Shown here: positions 1 through 8,075 of the stretch, in pieces
How positions within the stretch are numbered: the stretch's first letter is position 1
How the letters are laid out: every line of letters starts with the position of its first letter
Assembly: GCA_964252075.1 (NCBI GenBank)
Contig: CAXULY010000057.1
Span: 1 to 28,001 of the forward strand
Source of the DNA: an uncultured Deinococcaceae bacterium
Lineage (GTDB): Bacteria; Deinococcota; Deinococci; Deinococcales; Deinococcaceae
DNA length: 28,001 nt
Direction of reading: 5' to 3'
Translations under genes and position numbers: made by a program
Notes under the pieces: generated by a model
Seen by the model: only the letters and a program-made list of their open reading frames with translations
Database searches by the model: none
Told to the model about the DNA's origin: nothing

Positions 1-2
1 CG

Positions 3-1982
3 TTCATCACGGAGCTGCTGGAGACGCGCGCGCCCACCTTCACCGAAGACTGGGACGCCGAGGCGCAACGCATCGAGGACAGCGACGTGTACGGCACCGT
101 CGCGGCGTACCCGGTGATAGCAGGGGGCGAGGTGCAGGGCTTCATTACGCTGGGCCTGAAGGGCCAGGCGCGCTGGTCGGACCGCGACCGCGCCATCTTT
201 CGGGCGGTGGGGCGCGGACTGAGCTTCGCCGTGGAACGCGCGGACACTGCGCGGCGCCTGCTTGACCAGAACCGTGAGCTGGACCTCCGCGCCCGCGCGC
301 TCGAGGCGTTCGCGCAGCTCACCCGCGACCTCACGCTGGACCGCGACCCGCGGGCGCTGGTGGGGCGCGCGCAGGACATCCTGGTGTCGCTGCTGCCCCG
401 CAGCGTCAGCACCTACTACGAACTGCAGGCTGAGGTCTGGCAACTGCAATCGCATCGGGGTGCGTTTCGCAGCCTGGCGTTGCTGGCGGGCCTGCAGCGC
501 GGTTTGCCGCGCGGACAGGCGCGGAACGTGGATTCGGCCTTCGACACGCGCCGCCCGTACTACCAGGACCAGCACGACCCGGCGTCCGTGGCGGCGGTGC
601 ACCGCGAGATCACGGTGATCCGCACGAGTGCCGCCTTGCCGGTCATCGTGAACGAGCGCGTGTCCGGGGTGCTGGCGGTGGGCATCCATGAGGAGCGGCC
701 GTGGACGGCGGTGGAGCGCACGCTGCTGGAAACCATCATGACGAACCTCGGGCTGATCCTGGAGCGCGCGGAGGGCGCCCGGCAGCTGGACGAGCAGCGC
801 GCCGCGCTCGACGCCTTCGTGACGTTCACGGAGGCGGTGGGCACCCAGACGGACGTGCTGGCGCTTGCTCGGCAGGCTGTGCGCGTGCTGCGCGCGAACG
901 TCGTGGGCGTGAGCGCCGTGTATTACGAGAGGGAGGATGGGCTGTGGAAGGCGCGGGTGTGGTCCGACGACATTGCGCCGGCGGTGCTGGCGCAGGTGCA
1001 GGCGGGCGTCCCGCTGGACGCCCCGGAGTTCGCGCGGGCCACGCGCACGCGGGCCGGGGTGTTCGCGAACGGCTGGGACCCTGCCGCGCACCACCTGGAC
1101 GCCGCCACGGAGTATGGCGCGGCGGCGTTCCTGGCGCTGTTCACCGGGGATGACGCACGGGGGCTGCTGGCGGTGGGGACGCGGAACTCGTCGGAGTGGA
1201 CGCCACGCATGCAGGCGGTGGTGCGCGCGGTGGGGCGCGGGTTGACCCTGGCGCTGGAGCGGGCGGAGGAGGTCAGTCGGCTGCAGGAGCGGACGCTGGC
1301 GCTGGAGCAGGCGAACGAGGAGCTGGAGGCCTTCAATTACAGCGTGTCGCATGACCTCATGACGCCCGTGCGGCACATCGCGAGCTTCGCGCAACTCGCG
1401 CAGCAGGCTCAGGGCGACGCGGCGAAGACCGACCGGTACCTCGGCATCATCGAGCAGGCCAGCGGGCGCATGCGGGGCCTGATTGACGCGATGCTGGACC
1501 TCTCGCGGCTGGGGCGCCGGGAGTTGAAGCGGACGCGCGTGGACCTCGGCACCCTCACGAGGCAGGCGCAGTCGGACCTGGAGACGGACCTCGCGGGCCG
1601 CGACGTCACGTGGCGCATTGCGGCGCTGCCTGCCGTGCTGGGGGACCGGGACACGCTGCAGCAGGTCATGACGAACCTGCTCTCCAACGCCGTGAAGTAC
1701 ACCAGTCAACGCGCCCGCGCTGTGATTGAGGTGTGGGTGCAGGACGACGCGCACGTGTGGCGGGTGTTCGTACGGGACAACGGCGTGGGGTTCGACCCGC
1801 GCTACACCGACAAGCTCTTCGGAATCTTCCAGCGCCTGCACCGCGCGCAGGACTTCGCGGGCGTCGGGGTGGGCCTCGCGAACGTGCGACGCATCGTGGC
1901 GCGCCACGGCGGCACGGTGTTCGCCTCCGGTGCCCTCGGTGAGGGCGCCACCTTCGGCTTCACCCTCCCCAAGCACAGTTGA
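3..1982 (+). CDS. Multi-GAF sensor histidine kinase (5'-truncated by window edge)
   Basis: The frame is open from base 3 (FITELLETRAP...). It contains at least 3 tandem GAF-like units, each ending in a helix such as R-A-V-G-R-G-L-x-x-A-x-E-R-A. HisKA H-box EAFNYSVSHDLMTP, N-box NLLSNAVKY, G1 DNGVGF, F-box LFGIFQRL, G2 GVGVGL. Confidence 0.93.
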   Translation, partial: FITELLETRAPTFTEDWDAEAQRIEDSDVYGTVAAYPVIAGGEVQGFITLGLKGQARWSDRDRAIFRAVGRGLSFAVERADTARRLLDQNRELDLRARALEAFAQLTRDLTLDRDPRALVGRAQDILVSLLPRSVSTYYELQAEVWQLQSHRGAFRSLALLAGLQRGLPRGQARNVDSAFDTRRPYYQDQHDPASVAAVHREITVIRTSAALPVIVNERVSGVLAVGIHEERPWTAVERTLLETIMTNLGLILERAEGARQLDEQRAALDAFVTFTEAVGTQTDVLALARQAVRVLRANVVGVSAVYYEREDGLWKARVWSDDIAPAVLAQVQAGVPLDAPEFARATRTRAGVFANGWDPAAHHLDAATEYGAAAFLALFTGDDARGLLAVGTRNSSEWTPRMQAVVRAVGRGLTLALERAEEVSRLQERTLALEQANEELEAFNYSVSHDLMTPVRHIASFAQLAQQAQGDAAKTDRYLGIIEQASGRMRGLIDAMLDLSRLGRRELKRTRVDLGTLTRQAQSDLETDLAGRDVTWRIAALPAVLGDRDTLQQVMTNLLSNAVKYTSQRARAVIEVWVQDDAHVWRVFVRDNGVGFDPRYTDKLFGIFQRLHRAQDFAGVGVGLANVRRIVARHGGTVFASGALGEGATFGFTLPKHS

Positions 1983-2148
1983 CGCCCAGGCCATGCGCGC
2001 ACGGCGGTGAAATCCGCGCCGGGCAGGTCCGTAGCGTTAGAGGGGACCGTTCATAGCCGTCGCCATCGTGGCAGCGCGCCTGGTTTCCTGCTCGGACACG
2101 CCAGCCCAGCACGCAGGAGTTGCGAACGCGGTGGGGCGACCTCGCGGG

Positions 2149-2388
2149 TCAGCCGAGGCGTTCGAAGAGCCGGATTTCGGCGTCCGGGTCGCCGACCTCA
2201 CTGAGCCAGCAGCTGTCCTGGTGCGCGCTGAGGAGGCGGTACAGGGGGCGGTCGCGGGTGGGGCCGAATCGGCGGATGAACACCGTGCTGTTCGGCGCCA
2301 GGGCGTGGCGGTCGTCGTCGATGACGATGCACAGGAGGTGATCTTCCTGCGGATTGGCTTCGATGGGGTCGGGGCGGAGCTTCACCAT
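2149..2388 (-). CDS. Small hypothetical protein (start uncertain: ATG 2388 or up to 2427)
   Basis: The ORF has a globular-looking composition (MVKLRPDPIEANPQEDHLLCIVIDDD...) unlike the Arg/Pro-rich shadow ORFs. No family recognised. Confidence 0.4.
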   Translation of the reverse strand: MVKLRPDPIEANPQEDHLLCIVIDDDRHALAPNSTVFIRRFGPTRDRPLYRLLSAHQDSCWLSEVGDPDAEIRLFERLG

Positions 2389-2658
2389 ATCTTCATCATT
2401 GCAGGGGGACATGAGCCCGTCCAGCAAATTTCAGGTGGCGCTCATCTTCATGGATGAAGCTTTCAGCTAGAACCCGTGCTCTGCCACTTGCGGTCTCATC
2501 AGGTGCCACTGACCGAACCACTGACAGTAACCCGGGTGGGCTTTTTATAGGTGTGGCACGCATTCAGACCGTCGCGCCGCCGTCCACCTGGAGGGGCGCC
2601 GGAAGCGGCACCTAAGCGCTCAATGCCGGCTTAAACATGACTTGCGCGGCGCCTGGCC

Positions 2659-3351
2659 TCAGGGTGCCTGAGGGTCGTTGAGCTGGCGCATCGCGGTGAT
2701 GAGTTCCTGCTCGCTGAGGGGCGGCTGGGCGATGGGGTGCGCGGTCTGCGCGCGAAAGCCGTCAATCATGAGCGCCATGTGGCGGCGCCAGGCGTTCGGG
2801 TTGTGCCGGGCGGTGAGGGCCAGCACCTGCAGGTTGCCCCACGCGACGAAGGCGGTGTCCTCGGCGACCACGTCCGCGCGCAGCGTGCCCTGCGCCTGCG
2901 CGCGTTCGATGAGGGTCTGCAGGCGGGCGAGCAGGCCGAAGTGCAGCAGGTCGATCATGTCCGCGCCGGGCACGGTCATAACGAGGAATTCACGCACCTG
3001 CCCTTCGCTCGCCTGGATCTCGCCGATGCGCCACAGGTAGTGGCAGAAGCCTTCCCAAGGGTCGGGGTGCGCGAGGCCCTCGTCGGCCGCCTGCACGTAC
3101 GCGCCGAATTCCTCGGCGAAGAGGGCCTCGATGAGGGCGTTGCGGCTGGGGAAGTGCCGGTAGAGGGTGCCGATGCCGACGCCGGCGGCGCGGGCGATGC
3201 TTTCGAGTGGCGCGCTGATGCCCTGCTTGGCCATGACGGTCTGGGCGGCGTCCAGGATGCGCTTGCGGTTGCGGGTGGCGTCGCTGCGTTGAGGGGTGGC
3301 GGTGTCCCGGCGGGCTGGGGGGCGTGGGTTGGAGCGTGAGCCTCGGGTCAT
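2659..3351 (-). CDS. TetR/AcrR family transcriptional regulator
   Basis: RSDATRNRKRILDAA...APLESIARAAGVGIGTLYRHFPSR is a TetR HTH; C-terminus has AWRRHMALMIDG. Start placed at ATG 3351, preceded by GGAG and by TACCAT. Confidence 0.92.
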   Translation of the reverse strand: MTRGSRSNPRPPARRDTATPQRSDATRNRKRILDAAQTVMAKQGISAPLESIARAAGVGIGTLYRHFPSRNALIEALFAEEFGAYVQAADEGLAHPDPWEGFCHYLWRIGEIQASEGQVREFLVMTVPGADMIDLLHFGLLARLQTLIERAQAQGTLRADVVAEDTAFVAWGNLQVLALTARHNPNAWRRHMALMIDGFRAQTAHPIAQPPLSEQELITAMRQLNDPQAP

Positions 3352-3374
3352 GCTCCATGGTAGCGAACACGAAC

Positions 3375-3424
3375 CGGAGGTTGGGCTCCGAATGTGATAG
3401 CGTGAAAACGGAGGCGAGCCTCCG
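3375..3424. promoter_or_regulatory. Two palindromic TetR-type operators CGGAGG-N4-(C/G)CTCCG flanking an extended -10
   Basis: CGGAGG-ttgg-GCTCCG at 3375-3390 and the perfect CGGAGG-cgag-CCTCCG at 3409-3424. TGaTAGCGT (3395-3403, + strand) lies between them. Confidence 0.7.
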
Positions 3425-3609
3425 CCCACACCGTCTCTCCGACCTCAACCCGAATTCAACGTGTGCACTCGTGTGCGACCAACGCACGAGCTGACCACTT
3501 ATTTTTACGTAAACCCAGCTTATTCAATGATGAGTGTCCTTTGTTCGATGTTTAAGTATTTACAAAATTCGTTCATGCGCCTAAAATTCTTTCAGGAGGA
3601 AATAGAATC

Positions 3610-3993
3610 ATGCGGATCCACCCCATCATCCTGGGGCTGGCGTTGTCTTCTGTGGCTTTCGCCGCGACCACCACGCCTCCCTTCACCACGCAGCAGGCCA
3701 CGCAGGGCGCCGCCACCTACAAGGGCCAGTGCGCCATGTGTCACGGCACCGCCCTCAACAACGGGGGCGCCCCGCACCTCAAAGGCGCGGACTTCCTCAA
3801 GAAGTGGGGCAGCAACAGCCTGGACGACTTCCACTACCTCATGAGCACCACCATGCCCCAGACGGCGCCCGGCAGCCTCAAGCCCGCGCAGTACCTGAAC
3901 CTGGTGGCGTACGTCCTGCAGCAGAACGGTTACAAGCCCGGCAAAGCCGCCCTCACCGCCGCTGACCTCAAGAAGTACAAGGTCGGAAAGTAA
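3610..3993 (+). CDS. Exported mono-heme c-type cytochrome
   Basis: Signal peptide (MRIHPIILGLALSSVAFA), heme motif CAMCH, distal Met in TTMPQ, and RBS AGGAGG at 3594-3599. Confidence 0.93.
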   Translation: MRIHPIILGLALSSVAFAATTTPPFTTQQATQGAATYKGQCAMCHGTALNNGGAPHLKGADFLKKWGSNSLDDFHYLMSTTMPQTAPGSLKPAQYLNLVAYVLQQNGYKPGKAALTAADLKKYKVGK

Positions 3994-4004
3994 AGGAACC
4001 TGGC

Positions 4005-5591
4005 ATGTCCAAAACTGCTCTGATGCTCATCGCGGCCCTTTCCCTCGGCTCCGCCCTCGCCGTCCAGGGGCCCACGCAAGCGGAACTCAACAACGCCGAC
4101 CAGGCCTCCGACTCCTGGCTGATGTACAACAAAGGCTACATGGGCCAGCGCTACTCGCCGCTGAACCAGATCAACACCAGCAACGTCGCGAACCTCAAGC
4201 GCGTGTGCACCTTCGACACGAACGAGGACGGCTCCTTCCAGGTCACCCCGCAGGTGTACAAGGGCGCCATGTTCGTCACCAAGGCCACCAGCACCTGGGC
4301 GGTCGACGCCACCAACTGCAAGGTGCTGTGGAAGAACACCTACAAGCCCACCGGCCCTGAAGTGAACCCCGTGAACCGCGGCGTGGCCCTGGCGGACGGC
4401 GTGCTGTTCCGCGGCACCACCGACGCGCACATGCTGGCCATCGACGCCGGCACCGGCAAGACCCTGTGGGACGTGAAGGTCGCGGACTCCAGCAACGGGT
4501 ACTTCCTCTCCGCCGCGCCCATCACCTACAACGGCATGGTGTACATCGGCGAGGCCGGCGCGGACTGGGGCATCAAGGCGCACATGTACGCCTTCGACGC
4601 CAAGACCGGCAAGAAGATGTGGACCTTCGACGTGATCCCCACCGGCAGTGAGCCGGGCGCCGACACCTGGGGCCGCGCTGAATCCACCGCCACGGGCGGC
4701 GGCAGCATGTGGACGAGCTTCGCGCTCGACACCACCAAGAACCTCCTGTACCTGTCCGTCGGGAACCCCGCGCCGGACTTCGCGGCGGAGTACCGCCCCG
4801 GCAACAACCTCTACACGAACTCCGTCGTGGCGCTCGACGCCACGACCGGCAAGCTCGACCACTACTACCAGCAGGTCCCGAACGACAGCAAGGACTACGA
4901 CACCGCCGCCGCCCCCGTCCTCTACTCGACCGTCAACGGTGGGGATACGCGCGTCGCGGTGGCCACGAAGGGCGGCATGCTCTTCTCGTACGACGAGAAC
5001 ACCAAGACCAGCGCCTTCAAGGTGCCGATGATCAAGGTCACCAACCAGGACAAGCGCCCCACCAAGGAAGGCCTGCCCATCTGCCCGAACTACACGGGCG
5101 GCAGCCAGTGGTCCGGCCCGTCCTTCATGCCCGGCATGAACACCATGGTCGTGAACGCTGTGGACTGGTGCGGCGTCGTGAAGCTCGGCGAGGTGCGCCT
5201 CATCAAGGGCCAGCTGTTCTTCGGCGGCGCCATGCAGCTCGACCCGGCCAACACCGCCGTCGGCAACACCATCGCCTTTGACGCCAGCACCGGCAAGGAA
5301 CTGTGGCGCTACAGCACGCCCGGCATCCGCATCGTGGGCGGTCTCGCCACCACCGGCGGCGGCCTGGTGTTCTCCGGCGCCGCGAACGGCACCTTCTACG
5401 CGCTGGACGCCAAGACCGGCAAGCCGCTGTTCAAGGAGAACATCGACAAGGCCCCCATTGGCGGCGGCGCGTCCACGTACACCGTGGCGGGCAAGCAGTA
5501 CGTCGCCATCGCGGCGGGCAACAGCTCCAAGGGCCTGAACGGCGTGAAGAACATCACCAGCCGCGTCGCGATCTTCGCCCTCCCGCAGTGA
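4005..5591 (+). CDS. Exported PQQ-dependent dehydrogenase-like beta-propeller (methanol/ethanol/sugar DH superfamily) with atypical active site
   Basis: Signal peptide; QRYSPLNQINTSNV; repeated AxDAxTGKxxW Trp-docking motifs; NRG; GGGSMW; GNPAP; NLYTNSVVALD; DYD; CP..GG..W; C-terminal GKQYVAIAAG. RBS AAAGGA. Confidence 0.9.
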   Translation: MSKTALMLIAALSLGSALAVQGPTQAELNNADQASDSWLMYNKGYMGQRYSPLNQINTSNVANLKRVCTFDTNEDGSFQVTPQVYKGAMFVTKATSTWAVDATNCKVLWKNTYKPTGPEVNPVNRGVALADGVLFRGTTDAHMLAIDAGTGKTLWDVKVADSSNGYFLSAAPITYNGMVYIGEAGADWGIKAHMYAFDAKTGKKMWTFDVIPTGSEPGADTWGRAESTATGGGSMWTSFALDTTKNLLYLSVGNPAPDFAAEYRPGNNLYTNSVVALDATTGKLDHYYQQVPNDSKDYDTAAAPVLYSTVNGGDTRVAVATKGGMLFSYDENTKTSAFKVPMIKVTNQDKRPTKEGLPICPNYTGGSQWSGPSFMPGMNTMVVNAVDWCGVVKLGEVRLIKGQLFFGGAMQLDPANTAVGNTIAFDASTGKELWRYSTPGIRIVGGLATTGGGLVFSGAANGTFYALDAKTGKPLFKENIDKAPIGGGASTYTVAGKQYVAIAAGNSSKGLNGVKNITSRVAIFALPQ

Positions 5592-5596
5592 ACACC

Positions 5597-6289
5597 ATGA
5601 AACGAAGCCTCCTCCTGCTCGCGCTCCTGGGCGCTGGCGGCGCCCTGGCCTACTCGCCGGTGCTGTCGCCCGCGCAGGTGACGCTGGCGGCGCAACAGGG
5701 CGCGGCGATGGTGCGGCCGGACGGCGGGTACCTGTGGGGCCCGTACCTGCTGCTGAGCAACAGCGAGGGCATCCGGCTCTCCGCGAACGACAAGGAAGTG
5801 GACGGCATCGCCCTCGGGACGCCCTTCGAGCGCCTGCAGTACGAGTCGTACCTCTCCACGTACGAGCAGAAGCCGCTGACGCCCGAGCAGGCCAGCGCCT
5901 ACGCCCGCACGCAGGACCACAAACTCACCTTCCTGGTCTACACGCACAGCCTGAAGTCCGTGGAGGAAGAGGAAGAGCAGTACAAGCAGGCGTACGACCC
6001 GAAAGCCGGGACGGCGAAGCAGACCCGCGAGCGCAGTTACCTCGACGAGTACAAGACCGCCACCCTGCAGCTCGGCGGTCGGACCCTCACCGCGTCACCG
6101 CAGGTGGACGGCCCGTACCGCGATGAGTTTAACCTCGCCAACGGCGACTTCGACTTCCGCTTCCTCGGCGTGATCTCGTACACCTTCAACGTGCCGAGCA
6201 CCGTGACCGCCCAGAAGGCCACGCTGCACTTCAAGGACAGCACCGGCAAGACGTGGTCACAGGCCGTGGACCTCACCAAGGTCCGCTAA
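5597..6289 (+). CDS. Secreted protein of unknown function (230 aa), third gene of the quinoprotein operon
   Basis: Signal peptide MKRSLLLLALLGAGGALA, and the same strongly C/G-ending codon usage as the upstream genes. Starts 5 nt after the upstream stop, and an in-frame GTG at 5588 overlaps that stop. The ORF-track extension to 5303 is a shadow of the dehydrogenase. Confidence 0.85.
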   Translation: MKRSLLLLALLGAGGALAYSPVLSPAQVTLAAQQGAAMVRPDGGYLWGPYLLLSNSEGIRLSANDKEVDGIALGTPFERLQYESYLSTYEQKPLTPEQASAYARTQDHKLTFLVYTHSLKSVEEEEEQYKQAYDPKAGTAKQTRERSYLDEYKTATLQLGGRTLTASPQVDGPYRDEFNLANGDFDFRFLGVISYTFNVPSTVTAQKATLHFKDSTGKTWSQAVDLTKVR

Positions 6290-6302
6290 ACCACACGTCA
6301 TG

Positions 6303-6340
6303 ACGCAGGGGCTCACCCAGGAATGGGTGGGCCCCTGCGT
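6303..6340 (+). terminator. 17-bp stem, GGAA tetraloop hairpin ending the quinoprotein operon
   Basis: ACGCAGGGGCTCACCCA-GGAA-TGGGTGGGCCCCTGCGT (one G-U pair), 13 nt after the stop. The U-tract is weak. Confidence 0.7.
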
Positions 6341-6761
6341 TGTGGCGTCAGTGGCTTCTCTGGTCCGGGTCAGGCCGCGCGCTGGAACCGCCGGGATCTG
6401 GGAAGCGCAGTGCGGGCCGATGGAGGGCGCGGGCTGTTACCGGCACCCACGGAGGCCCCACACGCCGCACCTTAATTCCGCGGAATGGCGCGCAAGCCTG
6501 ACCGCCCGCCACGCCGCCAGCCAGAGGTGAACGCATAAACGTCGACTCGCGCTCCCATACGGTGGTCTCGTCTGCGTGCAGCGGGCTTGAAGTTCGCAGT
6601 GGGCAGCGGCAGAAGCGGCCAGCAGGGCGTGGGATCGCCTCGTCCTGCACGGACCTCTGACGTGACGCGAGGAGCCGCTCACGTCGGGGCACCCCCTCGC
6701 TCACGTCGTCGTTTATAACCCCTCCCTTCCTGCGTGTGCCGCAACCGGTACGATTTCAGGC

Positions 6762-7733
6762 ATGAACGCCCTCGCCCTTTCCTTCGATCACGTCGCCGAG
6801 GCGCACGAGCGCATCGCGGGCGTGGCGTCCCGCACGCCGGTCCTCACCTCCAGCACTGCGGACGCGCGCACGGGCGCACACCTGCACTTTAAGTGCGAGA
6901 ACTTTCAGCGCATGGGCGCCTTCAAGTTCCGCGGCGCGTACAACGCCATCGCGCGGTTCACGCGCGAGCAGCGCGAGCGGGGCGTCGTGGCGTTCTCATC
7001 GGGGAACCACGCGCAGGGCATTGCGCTCTCCGCGCGCCTCCTCGGCGTCCCGGCGGTGATCGTCATGCCGACCGACGCGCCCACCGTCAAGGTGGACGCC
7101 ACGCGCGGGTACGGCGCCGAGGTGGTGCTGTACGACCGGTACACCGAGGACCGGGAGGCGATCGGGCAGCGCCTCGCGGATGAACGCGGCCTCACCCTGA
7201 TTCCCCCGTACGACCACCCGGACGTGATGGCCGGGCAGGGCACCGCCGCGAAGGAACTGTTCGAGGACGTCGGGCCGCTGGATGTGCTGGTCGTGCCGCT
7301 CGGCGGCGGTGGGCTGCTCTCCGGGTGCGCGACGGTCGCCCGGGCCCTACACCCGGACTGCGCCGTGATCGGCGTGGAGCCGGAGGCGGGGAATGACGGG
7401 CAGCGCAGCTTCCGCAGCGGCCGCATCGTGCACATAGACACGCCGCAGACCATCGCGGACGGCGCGCAGACGCAGCACCTCGGTCACTTCACGTTCCCCG
7501 TCATTCAGGCGCGGGTGGATGACATCGTGACGGTCCGCGACGCGGAGCTGGTGGACGCCATGGCGTTCTTCGCGGGCCGCATGAAGATGATCGTGGAACC
7601 CACAGGCTGCCTGGCCGCCGCGGCGGTGCTCGGCGGTCACCTGGATGTGCGAGGCAAGCGGGTGGGCGTCGTGCTGTCGGGTGGCAACATCGACCTGACG
7701 CGGTTCGGGCAGTTGCTCGCGGGCGCGCACTGA
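6762..7733 (+). CDS. PLP-dependent serine/threonine dehydratase family (threo-3-hydroxyaspartate ammonia-lyase / serine racemase-like)
   Basis: KCENFQRMGAFKFRGA (PLP lysine), SSGNHAQG, PPYDH..V.AGQGT, LGGGGL, EPTG, SGGN. No ACT regulatory domain. Confidence 0.92.
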   Translation: MNALALSFDHVAEAHERIAGVASRTPVLTSSTADARTGAHLHFKCENFQRMGAFKFRGAYNAIARFTREQRERGVVAFSSGNHAQGIALSARLLGVPAVIVMPTDAPTVKVDATRGYGAEVVLYDRYTEDREAIGQRLADERGLTLIPPYDHPDVMAGQGTAAKELFEDVGPLDVLVVPLGGGGLLSGCATVARALHPDCAVIGVEPEAGNDGQRSFRSGRIVHIDTPQTIADGAQTQHLGHFTFPVIQARVDDIVTVRDAELVDAMAFFAGRMKMIVEPTGCLAAAAVLGGHLDVRGKRVGVVLSGGNIDLTRFGQLLAGAH

Positions 7734-8010
7734 AGCGCTCTGGCGTAGAGGGCAGCAGCCCCGCAGGTGGATGTGGGATTGCAGTCAGCCACTCCGTAGT
7801 TCAGCAGTGCTGACGGTGATCCGCGATGGTGCGCGCTGGTCGTTTCCTAGGTGACAGTGGCCGCGCTGATGCTGTTGCGACGCAGCGTGCGCGGTGTTGG
7901 CGTGCTTAAGATGATTTTGGTGCCGCTAAGGAGGCCCGCCTGATGCCGCGCACATTTAGTCCGCTTGGTTGGACTGCGGTGACGAATCCACCGAGGAGGC
8001 AGTCAATCCT

Positions 8011-8075
8011 CCAGGATATTCAACCTACCGGTTGAATATCCTGGTCTCACCAACTATACTCAACCAGATGGTTGA
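8011..8075. promoter_or_regulatory. Two ArsR operators TCAACC-N4-GGTTGA plus -10 TATACT
   Basis: Perfect 15-bp inverted repeat CCAGGATATTCAACC-tacc-GGTTGAATATCCTGG at 8011-8044. A second site TCAACC-agat-GGTTGA at 8060-8075 overlaps ATG 8068. TATACT is at 8055-8060. Confidence 0.8.

Noticed and set aside
262..2010. Numerous overlapping Arg/Pro/Ala-rich ORFs (also at 3930-4862, 12187-13074, 12995-14077, 16025-17251, 19206-20932, 21072-23603, 24266-25237, 26619-27908)
   Set aside because: These are shadow or antisense frames of well-supported genes, as expected in high-GC DNA. No motifs.
3497..3513. Possible Deinococcus RDRM (DdrO box), suggested by the ACGTAA half-site
   Set aside because: Only one arm matches at the 17-bp spacing.
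5303..5596. N-terminal extension of the secreted protein given in the ORF track
   Set aside because: It overlaps the dehydrogenase out of frame. The signal peptide begins at 5597. The ORF-track extensions at 3429, 7969, 9523, 17620, 18252, 18405, 23705, 26224 and 26496 are rejected for similar reasons.
6341..6748. Long intergenic region examined for a riboswitch or ncRNA (likewise 17270-17830 and 25889-26398)
   Set aside because: No riboswitch, tRNA or other RNA consensus recognised by eye. An Infernal/Rfam scan would be needed.
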